IMG/VR virus record: IMGVR_UViG_3300028048_000003
DNA length: 64,000 nt
From: a virus
Strand: one strand, 5' to 3'
The notes under the pieces are model-generated. The model was given only the letters and a program-made list of their open reading frames with translations. It was not told the DNA's origin and made no database searches. The position numbers and the translations under genes are program-made. Positions 62,492-64,000 of the stretch are shown here, piece after piece; position 1 is the stretch's first letter, and each line of letters begins with the position of its first letter.

Positions 62492-64000
62492 TTAAATAAT
62501 ACTCCTAAATTTGTTGCCAACAACAGACATCCGATAGATTTTGTTCGTATCGATTGGTACATAAACACTATTAAACATTACCATATCATGCTGAGTTCCA
62601 TCGGGGCATTCCAGAGTGAAGAACATCATAGGCTTACCGTTTTTCTGTTTCCAATGTTTGATACGACGCACAACGCCAAGGACGATGCGGACGTTATTAT
62701 CCTGCTCATCGGGGACTTGGTATTTACTTGTATCATAGTCAGCGAAGATATTCTCAAAGGTCATGCCGAGCACTTCAAGCTCCCCTGCTCTGTTGTCAAA
62801 GTCGGTGTCTGTGGCTTCAACCTCTTTGATTTTCTGCTCAATATCCCAATACTTAGAGCTGTAATCAAGGTATTTCTTATGAGCATCAGACTTTTTCTTC
62901 GTTCCGTCCTTCGCCGTCTCGTAGATAGCCTTATTCTTCTCGATTCGTTCCTTGGTCGTTTCCAGTTGCTTGTTGAGCTTATCGAGGACACCGCTCTGAT
63001 AAAGAACCTGTAAAAGCTCGCTCCTATCTCCTAAGAAGTCCAGCGCACCAGCCTTGATAAGATTCTCCACTTTGTCCTTCGGAAGTTTCTTGTAGCTCTG
63101 ATAGTCAAGGGGAACAGGAATATCGCCGATACCAGAAATGTAGTTGATAGCCATTCTGATAGCCTTTTTGCCGTCATCTTTGACAACCACTTGCCAATCA
63201 CATGTAGTAGAACGCGCATCGGGAGGAAGAATCTCTACGCCATGCCTACGAGCGTCGTTGATATACACCAGCAAATCCTCCTGCTTGTCTCCGTTGTACG
63301 CATTGAGATAGGCGCAAAGGAACTCAGCAGGATAGTGTGCCTTGAGATATGCCGTCTGATAGCATGTGTAACCGTATGCGGCGCTGTGCGACTTATTGAA
63401 CTGATACGCGGCAGCGTTAGAGAGCCATTCTGCTAGTTTTTGAGCGACCTCAGAGCTTACACCACGCTTCTCACAATCACTCACAAACTGAGGAACAAGT
63501 TTAGCCATCTCCTCTGGAATCTTTCTACCGATAGCACGACGGAACACATCTGCCTGTCCTAAATCATATCCTGCCATAGCCTGTACAATCTGCATCGCCT
63601 GTTCCTGATAGAGCATGACACCATAAGTATCTTTCAAGCAAGTCTCTACCCAAGGATGGATATAAGTAAACGGCTTTCCCTTTCTCCGATTAGTAAACTC
63701 ATCAACCATACCACTCTGAATAGTGCTAGGACGATACAACGCCACCAGCGGCACAATATCGAACACACTTTGAGGTTTAATATCTTGAATGATTTTTCTC
63801 ATACCACCAGATTCAATCTGAAAGCATCCGAGAACATCGTCATGGTTCAGCATATCGAAGGTAGCTTCATCCGTATCAGGAAGGTTGTCTACGTCCACAG
63901 ACGCGCCGTAGCGTGCCTCTACCATCTTACAGGTATTATCTATCACGTCGAGGGTTTTGATGCCCAGAACGTCCTCTTTGAGCAGCCCCATAGCTTCGAG
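62492..64000 (-). CDS. dnaE: DNA polymerase III alpha subunit (DnaE-type), C-terminal ~500 codons; gene continues past the right edge
   Basis: …GIKTLDVIDNTC…GCFQIESGGMRKIIQDIKP…YRPSTIQSGMVDEF…MLYQEQAMQIV…FNKSHSAAYGYTCYQTAYLKAHYPAEF… are classic Pol III alpha motifs. The frame stays open upstream of the track's internal Met to nt 64000. Confidence 0.85.
   Translation of the reverse strand, partial: LEAMGLLKEDVLGIKTLDVIDNTCKMVEARYGASVDVDNLPDTDEATFDMLNHDDVLGCFQIESGGMRKIIQDIKPQSVFDIVPLVALYRPSTIQSGMVDEFTNRRKGKPFTYIHPWVETCLKDTYGVMLYQEQAMQIVQAMAGYDLGQADVFRRAIGRKIPEEMAKLVPQFVSDCEKRGVSSEVAQKLAEWLSNAAAYQFNKSHSAAYGYTCYQTAYLKAHYPAEFLCAYLNAYNGDKQEDLLVYINDARRHGVEILPPDARSTTCDWQVVVKDDGKKAIRMAINYISGIGDIPVPLDYQSYKKLPKDKVENLIKAGALDFLGDRSELLQVLYQSGVLDKLNKQLETTKERIEKNKAIYETAKDGTKKKSDAHKKYLDYSSKYWDIEQKIKEVEATDTDFDNRAGELEVLGMTFENIFADYDTSKYQVPDEQDNNVRIVLGVVRRIKHWKQKNGKPMMFFTLECPDGTQHDMVMFNSVYVPIDTNKIYRMSVVGNKFRSII

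Overview
The whole window looks like phage DNA. I see no host housekeeping genes, rRNA, CRISPR array or transposase. It appears to be part of a large (>64 kb) siphovirus-type temperate phage or phage-plasmid: it has a major tail protein, G/GT chaperones and a tape measure but no sheath gene. The host is probably an anaerobic Gram-positive-type bacterium; this is inferred from the AGGAGG-type ribosome-binding sites, nrdDG and the cell-wall hydrolase domains.

Layout:
(i) 1-27.7 kb, minus strand: late/virion operon read right to left. Order is TerS, TerL, portal, protease-scaffold, major capsid, connectors, major tail, G/GT chaperone with a -1 frameshift site, a 2,958-codon tape measure, lambda-like tail-tip genes, then fibre genes that run off the left edge. 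One opposite-strand moron sits at 17.7-18.1 kb.
(ii) 27.7-31.2 kb: an unusually gene-poor control region with a duplicated promoter-like box, palindromes and iteron-like repeats. It also holds a ~0.66 kb GC-rich, hairpin-dense non-coding segment behind a sigma70-like promoter.
(iii) 31.2-39.9 kb, plus strand: about 25 small, mostly acidic ORFs split into cassettes by a thrice-repeated hairpin plus conserved box, ending in a tyrosine recombinase.
(iv) 40.0-60.0 kb, minus strand: an HTH regulator, nrdG, nrdD interrupted by two ORF-less group I introns, phoH, a 3D-domain protein, a ThyX-like protein, dUTPase, four tRNAs, many small ORFs, nucleases, a primase-helicase, a Rad52-like annealase and a replication initiator.
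(v) 60.0-61.8 kb: an origin-like region with two perfect DnaA boxes and a parM/parR-like operon.
(vi) An XRE-type HTH gene and the 3' part of a DnaE-type polymerase gene that runs off the right edge.

Every functional call comes from reading motifs in the supplied translations and the DNA by eye. No database search was run. Many ORF-track starts were moved to downstream ATGs that have Shine-Dalgarno sequences or ATGA/TGATG stop-start overlaps.
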